This document shows, one piece after another, positions 36,211 through 49,681 of a stretch of DNA of 64,000 bases. The notes under the pieces were generated by a model. The model had not been told where the DNA came from, made no database searches, and was given only the letters and a program-made list of their open reading frames with translations. Where the stretch lies: contig CM052817.1 of NCBI GenBank assembly GCA_028534125.1, positions 75,642,001-75,706,000 on the forward strand, read 5' to 3'. Each line of letters opens with the position of its first letter. Positions within the stretch are counted from its first letter, which is position 1. The translations under genes and the position numbers were made by a program. The stretch comes from Lama glama. Taxonomy: Eukaryota.

Positions 36211-38930
36211 ATTGTGACATATTTATATAGCCAAGAAGCCACAGCCACCATCATAAGTAGCATAACCATCACTTTCAAAAGTTTCCTTATTTCATTTTTA
36301 AAAATTAATAGACTGATATTATGTTTTTGAGAAGTTTTAAATTTACAGAAAAATTGAATGAAATTACCCAGAGTTCCCAAACTTCATCACACACAACCCC
36401 AATTTCCCCCAGTATTAACATCTCCCATTAGTTTAGGACATTTGTTACAGTGTTGAGTCAATATTGATACATTATTATTAATTAACATCCGTAGTTTAAG
36501 TTAGAGTTCATTCTTTATGTTGTATGTTTCATAGATTTTGAAAGATGTATAATGAAATGTATCCACCATTACAGTATTATACAGGATAACTTCACTGCCC
36601 TAAATATCCCTCACACTCTACCTATTCCTCCTTTCCTTCCCCCAACCCCTGACAACCACTGATCTTTCACTATCTCTATAGTTTTGCCTTTTTCAGAAAG
36701 TCATGCAATTGGAATCATATAGTACACAACCTTTTCTGACTTGGCTTCTTTCACTTAGCAATATGAATTTAAGGTTACTCTGTATATTTTGTTGTGGGTT
36801 AATAACTCATTTCTTTTTACTGCTGAATTAGACTCCGTTGTAGGGATGTACCACAGTTTACTTTTTTCATTCCTTTATTGAAAGACACTTAGATTGTTTC
36901 AGTTTTTTGCAATAATCAATAAAGTGACTATGAAAATTGATGTACAGGTTTGGGATGAACATAAGTTTTCAACAAATTTCAACATATGCGTGCTGGATCA
37001 TATGATAAAACTTACATTTACTATTGTAAGAAACCGCTAAACTTTCTTCTGAAGGGTCTGTACCATTTTTCTTTTTCAATAACAATGAATGAAAGTTCCT
37101 GATGTTCCACACCTTTGCCAGCATTCAGTATTATCAGTGTTTTGGATTTTAGATACTCAGCAAGTTGTTTAGTGTTATCTTGTTGTTTTAATTTGAAATT
37201 CTCCAGGACCGTAAGATGTTGAGCTTCTTTTTGTATTCTTATTTACCATCTGTATGTCTTATTAGATGAGGTGTCTGTTTAGACCTTTTGACTACTTTTT
37301 AATTGAATGTTTTCTTATTGTTGAGTTTTAAGAGTCCTTTGCACATTTTGGATACAAGCTCTTTTACCATAGGTGTTTTGCAAATATTTTCTCCCAGTCT
37401 GCAGCATGTATTTTCATCCCCTTAACAGTGTCTTGCACAGAGCAGAAGGTTTTAATTCTAATTAAGCCCTACATCAAAAAAAATTAGTGAATTGTACTTT
37501 AGGTGTTGTAGCTAAAATCTCATTGCCAGACCAAAGATCAGCTAGATTTTCTCTTACATGTTATTGTCTAAAAATTTTATATTTATGCATTTTACATTTA
37601 GGTCTATTGCCATTTTGAGTTAATTTTACTAAAGTGGTAAAGTCAATGTCTAGATTCATTTCTTTTACTTGTGAATGTCCAGCTGTTTTAGAACTTTTAG
37701 TTGAAAATATAGTCATTTCTCCACCATATTGTCTTTGCTCATTTGTCAAAGATAAGTTGATGATATTTATGTGGGTCTATTTCTGGCCTCTCTGTTCTGT
37801 TCTGTTGACCTACTTGTCTTTTTACCAATGTTGCCGTGTCTCAATCACTGTAGCTTTATTGGTACAAACATCCTTGTTATGATTGATTATTACTTCTAAG
37901 GTATTTGTGGTTGATTCTTTGGGATTTTCTACGTGGAAAATCATGTCATCTGGAAAAAAAAACTTTTATCTTTATTTCTCAGTCTGTGTGTCTTTTAGTT
38001 TTCATTTCTTGTCTTATTCAATTAGATAAGGCTTCTAGTACAGTGTTGACTAGGAGTGGTGGGAATGTGTATCTTTGCTTTGTTTCTGATTTCAGTGGGA
38101 AAGCTTCTAGTTTCTCACTATTAAGTATGATGTTATCTAGAGGTTTTTTGGTCAATATTCTTTATCAAGTTGTGGAAATTCCCGTCTAGTCCTAATTTGT
38201 TGAGAACACATATCACGAATATGTGAGATGCTTTTTCTGACCTGTTGGTACGATCATGTGATTTTTGTTCTTTAGTCTGTAATATGACAGGTTACATTAA
38301 TTGATTTTCAGATGTTAAACAATTCTTGCATAACTGGGGTATATCTCAATGGGTCTTAGTATGTAACCTCTTTATACATTAATGGATTTGATTTGCTAAC
38401 ATTTTGTTGAAGCTATTTGTATCTATGTTCATGAGAGGTATTGGTCAGTAGTTTTCCCTTCTTATAATGTCTTAGTCTGGCTTTGATATTACAGTAATAC
38501 TGGCCTCATAGAATGACTGAGGAAATATTCCCTCTGCTTCTATTTTCTGGTACAGATTACAAAAAAAGGTTATTTCTTCCATTAATAGTTGGTAAAATTC
38601 ACAAGTGAAAACTTTTGGACCTGGTACTTTCTGTTTTGGAAAGTTATTATCAAGTTTCTTTAATAGATATAGGCCTGTTAAAATGATTTCTGTATTATTG
38701 TGTGAATTTTGGTAGATTTTGCTTTTAAGAAATTGATCGATTTCATCTAAGTTGTCATATTTCAAGACATAGAATTGTTCCTCATATTCTTTTATTCTTC
38801 ATATTCTTCATATTCTTTAGTGTCAATGGAAGCAATATTGTTGGCCTTTTTAATTCAATTCTATTAGTTATTAGTGTTTTCTTTATTTCTTCTTAGAATA
38901 GCTGAAAGTTTACTTATTTTATTGATTGAC
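36211..38930 (-). mobile_element. L1MC/MD-like element, 3'UTR through ORF2 RT region
   Basis: Second 3'UTR (aatagactgatattatg...tttacagaaaaattga). ORF 38472-38765 reads KVPGPKVFTCEFYQ...LYQKIEAEGIFPQSFYEASITVISKPD (L1 ORF2). Confidence 0.9.
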
Positions 38931-39639
38931 AATTATATTCGAGTGCTCTGTGTTACTCGTAGTTATCAGTGTTGGAAATAATATAGAGAAGATCAGGTAT
39001 AATATTTTATTAAGGATTTTAAAATTGTATATGATATTTATAGCTACAACTGAGATAATAATATGTACCCTATAGAGTACACAGAAAATATTTCAGAGAT
39101 GTGTGTAAGGCAGTTCCAGGTTGTGAGACTCCTTTGTGTAGGAATTAGGGAGAGAAATCATAGGGTAGCTTCAGTTGAACTGAACATAGCATGTATGATA
39201 AAATTAGCAGTACACATTGTTAGAAAGATAGAAGAAAGAAAGTCTATACTGTTCCTGATGAGTAGAAGTATAAGATTACTTGGTGAGTTTAGAAGTTAAT
39301 CAGTTAATTCCATTTATTTACTACTTGGGAAGAACTAATGAAAATAAGAATAATTTGAAATAATCTTCTTAATGAGGAAAGTACAGATTATTAATTACAG
39401 TCAACTTATAATTATAATAAATACATAATTAACAAATTAGCTACCACAGGATTAGTAATTCAACCTCATAAAATGAACTAGTTTACTATTTTAATAAATT
39501 CAAGTAATTTTCTAACAATATTACTAAGCATGAAATTAATTTTAACAAAATCACATAGTTTCAAGGTTACCAATTAACAATACTTGGAATAAAATAATTA
39601 ACATTTTGAACTACCATGAAATAATTTTTCTCTTCCTAA

Positions 39640-41610
39640 AAGATTGACTCAGGCAGAAATTCAATCTTATATTGACTTATTATAATAAGTTCAGATACTT
39701 TCTTCTAAAATTAGGGCTATATGATTGTCTCCCAGGATCCCCTGGTATTTGCATGAACAAAACCAGTGAATTAAATGTGTATCTCTGAATTCTTTAGGTC
39801 TTTAAGGGTAGCATTACTCCCTTCCATTCTACTTGGGATATGGCATTATTTTTGATTTACTATGTTGGCTGCAGGACTTGACTTTCAAAGGCTTCTACTT
39901 GACTTTTCCTGCTGTAGTTTTTTATTACTCCATGTGAAAGGGGACCAATGTGGTAGTTTGCCATCTTTTAAGTAAATCCATGCCAATTATTCACATAGGG
40001 ACTGGAGAAATAACTACAGGATGGGTTTATAGACTTTGTGGTCCTATTATGAATTAGACCTGGGCTAGGACAACATTTATCACCTAGTGTCCAGATATTC
40101 TCATTCTGCTCATGGAAGTTTCTGGTTAATTTACTGTCCTCGATATGTATTAGTCTGATATTTTTTGCAGAATAGCTACCCGATAGACTCCCTGAAGTAT
40201 TGCAGGGTCCTTATTAGAAACAGTATGTCTTTTTCTTCAATCATCTGGCTCTCAGCCTGAGAATTGGCTCAGGTCTAGAGATTGAGTTTGGTTTTATGGC
40301 TTTCTATAATAGTATTAACTATTAGCCATTGGCCCACATACTGTTAGTATTTTTTGGCTACATAAATAAAACAGACAAGCAAACAAAAACTGCATTTGGT
40401 TACACACTTTTTCTCATCCCTGAGACTTCTGTGGTTTATTAGCCATCACCACAGATTCCTGCAAGTGAGGACCTCTACTTGCTGTTTCAGCCTTGCTGGT
40501 CATTGCAGTAATTCTGCCTGGCTTATTTCTGATGGATAGGTAGGCAATGCCACCAGTTCTCTCTTCATCTCTTTCCTTATATGCCATCCTTGCTTTCAAG
40601 TTTCAAGCTGCAATTACAACACAATATAAAAACTGTAAAGGCATACTAATTGAATTAATAATACCCTAGTATCAATGAAATCTCTCTTATTTGGCTTTAC
40701 AGTCCACATCCTGTGATCTAGCGCTTTCAAAATCCATTTCCAAGCATGTCCTCAGGGTTGTTTCTGAATTTATTTGCTAGATCGTATACGTCTTGTTAAA
40801 TAATTATGCTTCTCTTCTTGGTAGGCTTAAGGCCCCTTAGGCCATTTTGAAACTTGACCCCAGATACTGTTTTAGAAGCAATAAGTGGGGATTTGAAGAG
40901 ACCAACAGGCAGACATGATCTTGTAATTTTTTTCAAGTGAAACTACTGAATAACCTCCAGATATTGGGAGGATATTTTTTTCTTGAAATCGTGCTCCTTC
41001 TAACCCAGAGGTTCAAGGTTATCTGGGAATTAAATGTCTTAAACACATACAGAAAAATGTTTTAACCCCTTGCTTCAGTGTCTGCTTCTTTCCTGTTAGG
41101 TTCCTCACTTCAGTGTAGGAGACTTGCAGAGACCATGAACTTGGTTTTCACTGTAACTCATACTTAAAATCAGTTCTCTGACCTGATTTATAGTACAGTC
41201 AGTCCTTTCACTGCAGGATATGAGTTATTTTAAATACTGCTTTGAAATCCTCTGGCACTCACTCATGTCATGTTCTAAATTGTTAGTTGCCTGACTATAG
41301 TTTGATCTTTTTAGCGCTGAAGATTCTGTGACAGTTGGTAATAGCTAAGCAATTCCACAATCATGAAAATAATCATTGCCTTCATCTTCAGGCATGTGAG
41401 CTTCTACTTAGACTAATATAGCACCTTCCATTTGTACCCAGTACCAACCTACTGCGGGTAAAACTCATTCTAATTTTGATCCTACAAAATGCTGGGCAGT
41501 ATCACACTCTGCTTAGCCTCAACAGAGTTGTTGACGTGTTGCTGGCAGTGCATCCACTGCCACAGTTCCATCCTGGGGCTCTACCCTTAGGGGTATATCA
41601 AATCCCAAAC
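39640..41610 (-). pseudogene. Second decayed ERVL internal region (gag-pro-5' pol)
   Basis: Minus-strand VINVVLAQV*...THPVVISPVP (39997-40026)...IIGMDLLKRWQ and NIVNQK*CHIP...ATLKDLK match the ERVL protease/RT N-terminus. Stops throughout. Confidence 0.85.
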
Positions 41611-42010
41611 ACCTTAGTCTCGGTTCCCCCAGAGTGCAAGCAGTCTTTTTGAGAGTTAGCTATAAGAATCAACAGTAAGTGAGTAGACAAATGAAAAAGG
41701 GAAGTGTAGAAACGAAAAAGAGAAATGAAGAAAATCAACTCAAAATAAATTGATGAGCATATTAACAGTATGTGAAATGGTCTCTCTTATTATGGTCTCT
41801 GGCAAACAATATGGAACAAGATTCAGATTTGCCTGTAGGGGCAGACATTCTTATACCATAGTTTCTTTCATCATCAGTTAAAGGTAGTTTCCAGAGTAGT
41901 AATTCCTTGGCACTTGCGCCTTACCTCACATATCTGCTAAGTTTACACAGGCTTTCATTAGAAAGCTGTTAGTGTGTATGGAAACAGTAAGGGTATCACC
42001 AGCTATTGAT
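41611..42010 (-). mobile_element. ERVL-class LTR (LTR16/LTR33-like), 5' LTR of the second provirus
   Basis: cttagtctcggttcccccagagtgcaag...tcatcagttaaagg...aattccttggcactt; adjoins the internal region. Confidence 0.55.
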
Positions 42011-43471
42011 AAACCCAGAATATTGCTAGTAAATTTCTCCTAATAATATGAAATACATTTGTTAAAAGGTAAGTGCACATTAACTGAGTATCGTTTGAGA
42101 ATTATCTGGATTTTTAGAAAATGTAAAAATTGACCTTTTAATTCAGATTTTTTCACTTCATGAAAAGCCTTTAATTTGGGGGTTCTCAAAGGTGAGTAGC
42201 CTAGTCTTTGTTGGAAACAAATGTACTTGATTAGTGATTAGTGTCCTTGGCATGTGTCTTGGCCATGTCTTCCCCCAAGGCTACCTCACTGTGCTGACTT
42301 CCTTAGAAGGCCAGCAATAAGGGCCTCGTGCCTCTTCTGGAACAAAACTAAGTGGAAACATCCATTGATATTAAAAATCATCATCAGTGGAATCTTTTTT
42401 AGGGTAATGGCCTTCAGCTTGCCTCCTGCCTAAACCTGCTTTATGTATTTGTAGCAACTTTATGAGATAGCAAAAGGGCTGAATGAAACCAAAAACTGTC
42501 TTACCAAGTCAGATTGGCCTCCTCAGATGCCACACCATGGCGCATCTCAGAGGATGCTATTGGCTGTGGTGTAAGAGAACAGCTCTGCATGGAGGTTGTC
42601 CATTCTGGCTTTTTCTTTTCTTTTCTAGCCTAAGTAAGCGGGAAAAATCTTAACCAATAATTGATAAACCATGTGAAGAAATCACAATTCTTTAAAATGT
42701 ATTTGCTTGTCATGTTTTTTATTCTAGAAACATACCCCTCAAATTTTTATTAAAACGAACTGTAAAATTATTATTAAATGCAATTTACAGATTATTTTCA
42801 GCTAATTATTTTACCTTCTTAGCAGAATGAGTTGACAAGCAAGTGCAGAAACAGATAGTCAGAGGTCTAATTTAGGGAGAGTAGTTAGCCAATCATAAAG
42901 CTACAATCAACAACCACTAGGAGAATAATGTAATACTGTGAATGTTAAACTGGGGTGATTTCAAATCATAGGGAAATCCATAAAAACTCTTTAATATTTC
43001 TGCAAATTCTTGAAGATATCATATCTTTAAATTCTCCTCAGACTCTGGGTACCTGTTTCCATTAGTCTGGTCACTGCCTTGATTCTTGTTAATTCATATA
43101 TCCAAGTAGCTTTTCCACAATCTACTCTAAATCTACACACACGTAAAACTCTTCATACGTTATATTGAATGTAGCAATATTTACTAACGTTAGAGGAGAT
43201 ACATAGCAAAATTAAGAAAGATCATAGATGTTTTTGGAAACACGTGCCTGATGAAGACTTCCAGTGTCCACGACAGAGCATTTCTCATGGGCCCTTTCTT
43301 TGTGTACATCCCCTCTTGTTCTGTTTCTTCCTTCTCTATTTTTCTCTATTTTTTTCTCCCTCAAAGGAAGCATAAAATATATATCCCCTCATTTGTCTTG
43401 ATCATCAGTTTAACCATTCTTCTCTATTTCCTTGACTACTACATCTTTTTAAATCCTCATGTCTTTCCTCC

Positions 43472-43943
43472 TGTATTAGGTTCTTAGGACTGCCATACAA
43501 ATTATTACAAATTAAAGGTTTAAAATAATACAAATTTATTCTCTCACAGTCTGGAGAACAGAAATCCAAAATCAAGGTTTTTGTTTTGTTTTGCTTTGTT
43601 TTTCTCCAAGGCCATACCTCCTCTGAAGGCTCTAGAGGGCATTCCTTCCTTGTTCCTTCCAGCTTCTGGCGGCCTGAGGAGTTCACTGATTTGTAGCTGT
43701 GTCACTCCAATCCCTTATTCTACCTTCTCTTCTCCCTGTGTCTTCTCTTTTATCTTTATAAGGACACATCATTAGATTTAGGGCCGTAAAATCATTGGAT
43801 TTAGGGTACTTGAGTAATCCAGGATGATTTTAAGGTACTTAATTAGACCCAAAATGCTGTTTACAAATTAAGTCACATTCATAGATTCAAAGGATTAGGA
43901 AATAGATACATCTCATTTGGGGTCCACTGTTCAACCCACTATA
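43472..43943 (-). mobile_element. MaLR solo LTR (MLT1B/C-like)
   Basis: tgtattaggttcttaggactgccata...aaatttattctctcacagtctgga...ctctgaaggctctagagg...ccagcttctgg...tataaggacac...tcaacccactata. Confidence 0.9.
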
Positions 43944-44849
43944 TTGTCTGTCTCAAATGAGTATTCAAGACACTGTTTCCAAGATTATTTATTCCCTAAG
44001 AAGTATCTATGGGCCAGCTGAAGATTCATATTATGTAAGATTTTCACTTTTTACAAGTAGTCAGGTGAGTGAAGGCAGGGAAATGTGGAGTTCTTTAAAG
44101 CTCGTCTATGATTAAGGCAAATGTGTGACCATAGAAGTGACCATGGGAGCTTTTACAAGAATTTGATGATTATGCAATCAGTGCCCCAAACTATAATTCT
44201 AACTTTTATAATCACTTTAAATTTTAATACTGAACACTGTTTAATAGTGTATTAGTTTCTTATCAGTTATGTACTTTTAAAATATTTGATCTAGGCTGTG
44301 GCTTGTATTTTTTAATTATCTAAATGGAATCACATTACCTTACTTTAATGTACAGGTTATAAGTGAAAGTTGAGAGGCTGAGCAGCAAAGGTAGGATTTT
44401 AATAGTGCACTCAGATGGTGCCTTGGTTGTTGCTCACTGTCCTCTAGGTAGGCAATGGAAGGGATGCTATTATGACAATGGGACAGCAAGTCCTATGGCT
44501 CCTGCTGAAGGGAATAGCTATGGCTAATGAATTCCTAATGTTAAATAAAAGGTGTCAGCAGTAATGACATTGCTATTGGATATACCATTTTGAGTGAATC
44601 AGAAACAATAGAATTTCATTTGGAAGGAGGCTGTTCAAAAAGTGATTTCATCTTGCCTACTGTCTCAGCCTACATCTTTCTACTACTTGACAGCTGCCAC
44701 AGCTCCACTTCGCAGGAGATGGGAATATAGTACTAGACACAGAGGTGGCTGAGGCACCAACACTCGTGTAGGACAAATGTGGCGGCAAATGTAGGAAGAA
44801 AGAACCGTGTCCTTGGGCCTAAGCACTTGCCGGGGAGAATCTCTCTCTT

Positions 44850-44946
44850 CATTTGATTGGTAGTTATATTGAGTGTGTTCAGTTTGTGACAGTTGATCAA
44901 CTTGTATACTTATTTGTATGAGTATAAATAAAATATTAAAAAGAAA
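44850..44946 (+). mobile_element. L1ME-like extreme 3' end
   Basis: ggtagttatattgagtgtgttcagtttgtgacagttgatcaacttgtatactta...aataaaa followed by an A-rich tail. Confidence 0.6.
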
Positions 44947-45016
44947 CACAATCTTAATTTTTTAACATTCATATCCATCTGTTGTTTCAAAGTAAATGGT
45001 GTGCTGTTGCTTAGGG

Positions 45017-45620
45017 ATTTTTTTTTTCCTTCCAATTTTACTGAGATATCATTGACATATCACTGTATAAGTTTAAAGCATGCAGCAAAATGATTTCATT
45101 TACATACATCATGAAGTGATTATAACAGTAAGTTTAGTGAACAGCCATCATCTCAAACAGATACAGAAATAAAGAAATAGGAAAAAATTATTTTTCTTGT
45201 GATGAGAACTCAGGATTTACTTTCTTAACAACTTTCACATATAACATATAGCAGTACTAATTGTATTTATCATGTTGTACATTAGATCCCTAGTACTTAT
45301 TTATTTTATAACTGCAAGTCTGCAATACCTTTTGACTGCCTTAACCCAGTTCCCCCCTCACCCCACACCCTGCCTCTGGTAACCACAAATCTGACTTCTT
45401 TTCCTGTGAATTTGTTTGTTTGCTTGATTGTTTTTGAAATATAATTGACCTATATTAGTGTTGATATGCACAACATAATGATTTGACGTTTCTACACATT
45501 TTGAACTAATCACCAGAATTCTAGTTATATGTCACCATACAAAGATATTACATAGCTATTGACTGTATACCCCACTCTGTACTTCTTTTAACCATGACTC
45601 ACTTACTTTGTAACTGGCAG
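45017..45620 (-). mobile_element. L1 3'UTR (L1MA9-derived laurasiatherian type)
   Basis: T-tail followed by sequence collinear with 738-1340 (ttttactgagatat, gtgatgagaactc, ctctggtaaccacaaatctg, caccatacaaagatatta). Confidence 0.9.
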
Positions 45621-46408
45621 CCTAATGCCATGTACTCATTCACAGCTATTTATTGAATATTTGATAAATTCATATCAACTTCAGGCCATTTTTTTTTTAG
45701 TTCTAGAGGCATTTTTATTTTTTAGTTGAGAAATTTTATAAACTTTCTATACTTATATTAGGCTTATGAAATAGTAACAAAAGTGCTAAACTGAAATGTT
45801 TGATGAGTTGCATAAATCTAGCCTTAAAAGACATTGATCTAAATACTCAGAGGATATGTTTCTCTATAACTTAACTGAAATCTTACAATTTGTTGCTGGT
45901 ATTTTCTGTGTGAAGATAGATAAGGTGCATGTGATAATGCAAACAGCTATCACAAGTTTAAATATTTGAAGTCATATACAGAATTTAATCCCTGAAAAAT
46001 GTGCAATGATAATAGATCCACATTATTTTTATTTGTTGCCATGAAATCAAAAGCAATTGTTCTTTCTGACACTTATGTATGAATATGACAAAGTTAGGCA
46101 ATGTTGATAATCAAGTGATATCTTGATTTCATTTCACATTCATAGAACATGGTTCAAAAGCAGATGACTTGCAAAGATGCAAGTTGATAACAAGTCTCCA
46201 TCATTGTAGAGAATTTTAGGTGAATCAGAAATATAAAATAACTTAATATTCAATTATTGAACATGCTAGCATCCAACTGATCCCTTTAATTTGTTGGAGA
46301 AGAATGTATATGGGATATTTTCCTAAAATCAAAATGTGGGACTAAAAAATATTGCTATAAGGAGCTCTATCTTTCTATCCATGTATTGTTTTCACTCTAT
46401 TTTTCTCA

Positions 46409-47674
46409 TTTTTATTGTGGTAAAATACAAATAACATAAAATATTTACCATCTTAACCATTGGTAAGGGTACAAAGTGTTCAGGTAATTGGTATTAAATA
46501 TGTTAATAATGTGCAGCCATCACCACTATCCATCTCTGTTACTCTTTTCATCTTGTGAAACAGAAACACTATACCTATTAAACAATAACTCCCCATTTCA
46601 TCCTCTTTCTACAAACCCTAGCAACAACCATTTTACTTTCTGTCTCTATGATTTTGACTACCCTGAATTTTTCATATAAGTGGAATCATATAGTTTTTTC
46701 CTTTTTTGGTGATTGGATTATTTATTTAGGATTATGTCCTCAAAGTTCATCTATGCTGTAGCATATTGCAGAATTTTCTTTCTTTTTAAGGCTGAGTAAT
46801 TTTCTATTTTTTGTATATACCACATTTGCTTATCTATTCATCCACTGGGGGACACTTGGATTGCTTCATTTAGTTATTGTAAATAATGTTGGGTTTACAA
46901 ATACCTGTTTGAAACCATACTTTCATTTCTCTGGGATTTATACTCAGAAGTAGAATTGCTGAAATCATATGGTATTTCTAATTTTGATATTTTAAAAACT
47001 GCCATACTCTTTTACACAGTGACTGTGTTACTTTACATTCTCAATAGTAATGCATGAAGGTTCCAGTTTTTTTACCTCTTTACCAACATTTGTTGTTTTC
47101 TGGGTTTCTTATCTTTTTATAATAGCTATCCTAGTAGGTGTGAAGTGGTATCACCTCCTAGTTTTGATTTACATTTCCCTAATGGTTAGTGATGTTGAGT
47201 ATCTTTTCATGTACTTATCGGCCATTTATATATCTTTTTTTTTTTTTAGAGAAATCTGTATTCATATCTTTGCCCATGTTTAAATTATGCTGTTTGGTTT
47301 TTTTGTTGTTGTTGAACTTTAGGATTTCTCTATATATTCTAGAATTAATCTGTTATCAGATACATGATTTGCAAATATGCTCTCCCATTCTGTGGGTTGC
47401 CTTTTCACTGTGTTAATAATATCCTTGATGCACAATTTTTTTTTTAATTTTCATGATGTCCAGTTTGTCTGTTTTTCTTTTTTTGTTGTTGTTGCTTGTG
47501 TTTTTTGTTGTTGTTGTTGTTGTTGCTTATGTTTTTGATGTCACATCCAAGAAATCATTGTCAAATCAGGGGTCTTGAAGCCTTTTTCCTGCTTTCTTAA
47601 GAATTTTATTGTTTAGATCTTACATTTAAATTTTTGAAATATTTTGAGTTGATATTGTTTATGATGTTAGATAA
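46409..47674 (-). mobile_element. L1MB-like 5'-truncated element
   Basis: tttttattgtggtaaaataca...tttaccatcttaaccatt...ccatcaccactatccatctc...aacaataactcccca. Flanks ttctcattttta / ttcttcatttttta resemble a TSD. Confidence 0.9.
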
Positions 47675-49681
47675 CGTTCTTCATTTTTTATATCTAAAAA
47701 AGAAAAACATTAAATCTCCCTTAAAAATCAGATTTTTTTTTCAAATTGGGAGGGTGTTTTTGCAGTTTTATCAATTAATATATGAAATACTATGTTATGA
47801 TATGTATGGTTCAGTTCTAAATAAAAATTTAGCTTATTTATAAGTATTTTATTTAATAAGGTAATAACTTCAAGTCATGGCATTTATTTTGAGCTTATTT
47901 GAACTGTATAAAACTTTAGATGTCTGTCTAAAATCTTTCAGAAAATCAGCAGTTTTCTACACTTCATAAGACTGATTTTTGTTATAATTTTATTTAATTT
48001 CAGTTTGTTAGATATTTTGACTAAAACAATATAACTCACAAATAAAATTACTCTTTTTGTTTCTTTATTTCTATAAGCTAATTAAAATAATAGAAAAACA
48101 AATTGAACAGACTGAAAAATTTAATATTAGGTTGTGTGAACCATTTTTTGAAAAAAGACATTGAATTAAACATCAGGAGACCTGAAATGGTCTAGATTTT
48201 TTATAATAAACTTTTGTGATCATGGAAAAGCTTCTTGGGCTTCCTGTGCTTCATTTGCATAATTGGAGAGTTGCATCAGGAAAATGTCAATAATCTCAGG
48301 CCCTAAAATCCATTTTTGATATGTGTAATTAAAAATATGCTAGATGCAATGATTTATAATCTCAAAGGATACTCTTCATTCATCATACAAGTCACCTCCA
48401 GCTAGTAATTAGAGTCAAAGCTGTAAATAGCATATAATTCACTACATCCTAATATTCAAATGGCCAAAGGCTATATTGAAACAGAAGTACCAAATATGTG
48501 TGGATATAAAGTTATAAATAAAAAAATTTTATTTTTAAAAAATGGTAGAGAGTTTCTGAAATAAAGGTGAATGTGGGAGTATGTATAAGGAGGTGTCTAC
48601 TCTGATTGAAATAAAATGATTAGCTTTTTGGCAAAATGTAGTTATTTTGGGAGAATCTCTATTTCATTCACAATATCATCTTTACTCCTACTATATGGCC
48701 TAAATAGATAATATGGCAGATTAACCAAAGGGGTCCATATAATTGTTACAAATAGTCTAAAATGGTTATTAGTTATTTTAACATGTATATAAACACATGC
48801 ACTTAAATATCAAATAGTTCAGCAAGGAAAAATATATTAATGTATTTTAGTTCCCACATTGTAACATTACAACAAAAAGGATATTCAGTTACTCTAAAGT
48901 CCTTCATCTTTTCTTTTTTTTTTTGAAATGCACACACACATAGTATGTCTGAGGCATGCATTGCTCTGTACCAGTCTGTTCGAAATAGACCCCCTTTGGT
49001 TTGTTTCCAGGTAGCTAAATTTATGTAAGATAATTTTTGTTAAACTACATACTTCATTTGAACATGTCAGATAGCCACATTTCATTCATACTGAGAAAAG
49101 GAAAACAGGCTTGCTTGTATAGACCATGTGATTCAATGATGGACTGCAGATGCTAATTCTGTCCTTTTTGTAGTATTGTTTTTCACATGTGAATTGTGAC
49201 TGTAAGTGTGTAACCACTGCACATCATTCTCCTTTGAACAAAAAATTTAATAAATGTGTTAGATCTCAGCTAAACAGGAGGGAGCTTTGCTGAATTTTTA
49301 TCACTGAAGAGAGAGACAGGGAGAGAGAGAGACTCTTAACACTGGAGTGAGGACCTTGCATTAAAAAAATACATATATATATCCCTGTAGTGGGTGGGCC
49401 TGAGTGGAAATTTTATATACATGAAAACCAAAAGATTGAATGAAATGCAAACAAGAGGGATGGGAATGATTCAAGTGAAGACCTGGGGAAAGCTGAGGTG
49501 TTCTATGTTAAAGCCTTTATATGAGCTTAAAGAGCTGATGAGGACAAGGGATTTTTGTAAACGTTGTCTGTGAACCTCCCATCATTTACTTAATCACTTC
49601 TCTCTCTCATATTAATTTTAAGATAACTGTAATTAAAGAATGAATATGTTAGATTCATAATTCATAATCATAATTAATTTA

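Noticed and set aside
35680..36830. Two tandem L1 3'UTRs as a tandem duplication
   Set aside because: They are quite divergent and are explained by nested or adjacent insertions of related L1MC/MD subfamilies.
42518..42553. Imperfect hairpin (cctcctcagatgc...gcatctcagagg) as a pre-miRNA
   Set aside because: The stem is too short and bulged for a miRNA precursor.
42629..42633. 5-nt microexon between a polypyrimidine-AG and GTAAGC
   Set aside because: Frameshifting length and no independent support.
44041..44070. CAG|GTGAGT as a recursive splice site or exon donor
   Set aside because: The pyrimidine tract is interrupted by competing AGs and there is no plausible upstream exon.
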